Sequence record: DRR378314_1572
DNA length: 39,767 nucleotides
Reading direction: 5' to 3' (one strand)
A model generated the notes under the pieces. The model was not told the DNA's origin and made no database searches. It was given only the letters and a program-made list of their open reading frames with translations. This document shows positions 37,635 to 39,767 of this stretch, in pieces (position 1 is the stretch's first letter; each line of letters starts with the position of its first letter). A program made the translations under genes and the position numbers.

Positions 37635-39350
37635 ATGGGAAAATGGTTTGGTCGCATAGCGCTCATCGTCGGATTCATCTCGGCTGTTATTGGTATCGTC
37701 GTTTATGTGAACGACGAGGTTCGTGCCCGCCTGTTTCCAGATCTTGCGCCCGCCACGCGCGCAGACGTTCAGGAGCAGATGCGTCTTAGCGAAGAACGTA
37801 TCGTCTCTGTGGTGCAGGCGTCCGTCAGCGCGGCGCTGACAAATGCGCAGGCTCAGGGAACCGATTTCTCCGGGGACGAAAGGAACAATTACGAAGCCGC
37901 GCTGACCTCGTTGCTGGCATCTGAAGACCCCACTTTCAATGACGCCAAATTCCTCGCCCTGTCTGGCCAGACAGAGGCGGCGGCTGATGAACTTGTAACG
38001 ATGGCGGAGCTGACCTCTGGCGATGCAGACCCTATTCCCGAGCGAGATCGTGCCAGCCTTCTGCGCAGCGCGGGCGACATTCTCGTTCCCTCCGATCCAG
38101 AGAAGGCGCTAGCCACCTACCGCAAGGCGCAGGAGCTGGACCCGGACAACCAGATCCTCGCCACGCGCATTCAGCAATTGTCGGCTCAGACGGCCGCCGC
38201 CAATCAGGTGGCCGCTATCCCGAATGCGCAGTTTGAGTTTGATGGTCTGCTGTTCGAGTTTGAAGGGTGTGAGAATTCAGAAAAGCTGAACTGCGTCTTG
38301 TCGGTGACGAACACGACGCCCGACGAGAAACACCTGTTCACGCGCAGCGTCTGGGCCGTTGATGAGCATAGTCGATGGATGAGGGATACGCGGCGCAATG
38401 TTCGTGCATCCAGTCACTACACCTGGAATGTGCCGTCACTCGAGGCGTCTCAGATCGACTTCACCTTCGGGCGTACAGCAAACATTCTCCAGTATCTGAC
38501 CTTTGACCTGCATGTGGAAAATGTGTCCTACAAGAAGACGTTCCGGGACGTGGCGGTGCGGGGTGGCCGGGATGTTCAGGTGCGCCAGATGCGTCCGATT
38601 GATCCGTCCTATCCGGACCGGGCGTTTTCTGTATCAGGCGTGCAGTTTCATTTCCTGGGATGTAGCAATCCGGACGCGCCTGTCTGCCGCTTTGACCTGC
38701 TCAATACGGGGTCAGAAACGGCGGTTATCAACGTCCGTTCGGACGTGGCTTTTGATCACAACAGCCGGGCGATCGAGTCGGTTCTCCCCGAGCTTGACAT
38801 CAGTGGAGACAATCGCGGAGAGGTTCCGCCCGGCATCACGACAGGCTGGACCGTCAATTTCCGCAAACCGTCCTCCTTCTTCCAGGAGTATCGGGCCTCA
38901 TTCGAGGTAAATGGCAACCGCATTACACGGTCCTATCGGGATCTGCCGCTCGGCGATGGTCCCATGCCGGAGATCAAAACGCTGGATGCGACCGCTGTAT
39001 TTGGGCCTGATGGCTATTTCGAAGCAGGAGGAGTCGAGTTCGCGTTCATGGGGTGCACTGACACGCTGAAGCCAGTGTGCCGTACCGATGTTCGCAACAC
39101 GACAGACGCCTATGTCAAAGTCTCTGCCGGGCGGGCCGAAGGCACGCATGATGGGGGGCAGGAGGTTCGGTCTGCGAATGCGGTGGTTCTTATGAACAAC
39201 GACTTCAGCGGTGAAATTCCGCCCGGTCTGACAACGACCATAGAGCATCGATTCTCGCCTGAAGTGGGCACATTTGACACGCTGGATATCCGGTATTCCG
39301 CTGGCGATCAGCGCGAGAGCCGCAGCTTCAGCGCGGTGCCTGTGCAGTAA
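37635..39350 (+). CDS. membrane-anchored protein with a TPR-like helix and three tandem beta-rich repeats
   Basis: N-terminal TM; ALATYRKAQELDPDN TPR-like segment; three F..G..F.F.GC-x7-C repeats. Confidence 0.75.
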   Translation: MGKWFGRIALIVGFISAVIGIVVYVNDEVRARLFPDLAPATRADVQEQMRLSEERIVSVVQASVSAALTNAQAQGTDFSGDERNNYEAALTSLLASEDPTFNDAKFLALSGQTEAAADELVTMAELTSGDADPIPERDRASLLRSAGDILVPSDPEKALATYRKAQELDPDNQILATRIQQLSAQTAAANQVAAIPNAQFEFDGLLFEFEGCENSEKLNCVLSVTNTTPDEKHLFTRSVWAVDEHSRWMRDTRRNVRASSHYTWNVPSLEASQIDFTFGRTANILQYLTFDLHVENVSYKKTFRDVAVRGGRDVQVRQMRPIDPSYPDRAFSVSGVQFHFLGCSNPDAPVCRFDLLNTGSETAVINVRSDVAFDHNSRAIESVLPELDISGDNRGEVPPGITTGWTVNFRKPSSFFQEYRASFEVNGNRITRSYRDLPLGDGPMPEIKTLDATAVFGPDGYFEAGGVEFAFMGCTDTLKPVCRTDVRNTTDAYVKVSAGRAEGTHDGGQEVRSANAVVLMNNDFSGEIPPGLTTTIEHRFSPEVGTFDTLDIRYSAGDQRESRSFSAVPVQ

Positions 39351-39438
39351 GGGCGCAAACGACCTGCATCGCGTGCAGGTCAGATGGTTGCAGAGGCGCG
39401 AAACCGCGTGTAATAGGCGCGCTTCGCAACATGCGATC

Positions 39439-39515
39439 GGTTCGGTAGCTCAGCTGGTTAGAGCGCACGACTCATAATCGTGAGGTCGGGAGTTCAAGTC
39501 TCCCCCGAACCACCA
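39439..39515 (+). tRNA. tRNA with CAT anticodon (probably elongator Met; Ile2 not excluded)
   Basis: Acceptor stem GGTTCGG/CCGAACC, D-arm TAGCTCAGCTGGTTAGAGC, anticodon arm CACGA-ctCATaa-TCGTG, TTCAAGT T-loop, encoded CCA; paired G1-C72, so not the initiator. Confidence 0.95.
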
Positions 39516-39688
39516 TTTGCGGATTGCTGACCATTTTTCCGTTTATAGACTAGGGTTTGGGCTCCGCGCGAATATGCGGCTCGGTGCGGCAGCTCATCAT
39601 AGCGCGGGAATATCGCCGCCACCGCGTACAGATCGCGGCGGCGACAGGTTTTGCAGCTTGGTCCCATTGAGACCGCTATTCAGAGCAT

Positions 39689-39767
39689 CTACTCCGCAGC
39701 AACGGCTTCGGCGTGGGCTTCCTGTTCCGACAGGAAGCGTTCGGCCTCCAGCGCGGCCATACAGCCC
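39689..39767 (-). CDS. trxB: thioredoxin reductase, 3' end (partial, runs off the window)
   Basis: Manual translation GCMAALEAERFLSEQEAHAEAVAAE*, the characteristic TrxB C-terminus; not in the ORF track. Confidence 0.85.
   Translation of the reverse strand, partial: GCMAALEAERFLSEQEAHAEAVAAE

Noticed and set aside
39439-39688. tRNA as an island integration site
   Set aside because: No integrase and no duplicated tRNA 3' end seen; trxB follows convergently, with only a bulged hairpin (39613-39644) between them
1-39767. CRISPR arrays, transposases, prophage or defence systems
   Set aside because: No repeat-spacer arrays or recognisable genes of these types were seen

Overview
GC-rich alphaproteobacterial chromosome segment, probably Hyphomonadaceae/Caulobacterales judging from ctrA, sciP, CtrA/GANTC motifs and gene content. 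Most of it is housekeeping and accessory genes: metY-like, panD, lgt, proC, recR, queC/queD, recQ, a clpP paralog, a TonB-dependent receptor, a tRNA with CAT anticodon and the 3' end of trxB. The standout region is 15.6-21.2 kb: sciP - mini-fliF - fliG - mini-fliH - fliN - degenerate flhF - flhG - ctrA. FliF and FliH appear to have lost, in frame, the parts that serve the export gate, rod and FliI ATPase, while keeping the ring and C-ring interfaces. FlhF has lost its catalytic GTPase motifs, and flbD, flhA and fliI/fliJ are absent from the locus. This suggests a repurposed, CtrA-controlled, export-less MS/C-ring plus FlhF/FlhG module, which is an inference. Other points of interest are a NadQ-type operator in front of panD, a CIR/RIME-like intergenic element, a QueD lacking its Cys, a CBS-domain hybrid kinase and a protein with three 131-aa repeats. 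All family assignments come from motif recognition by eye; no database searches were run.
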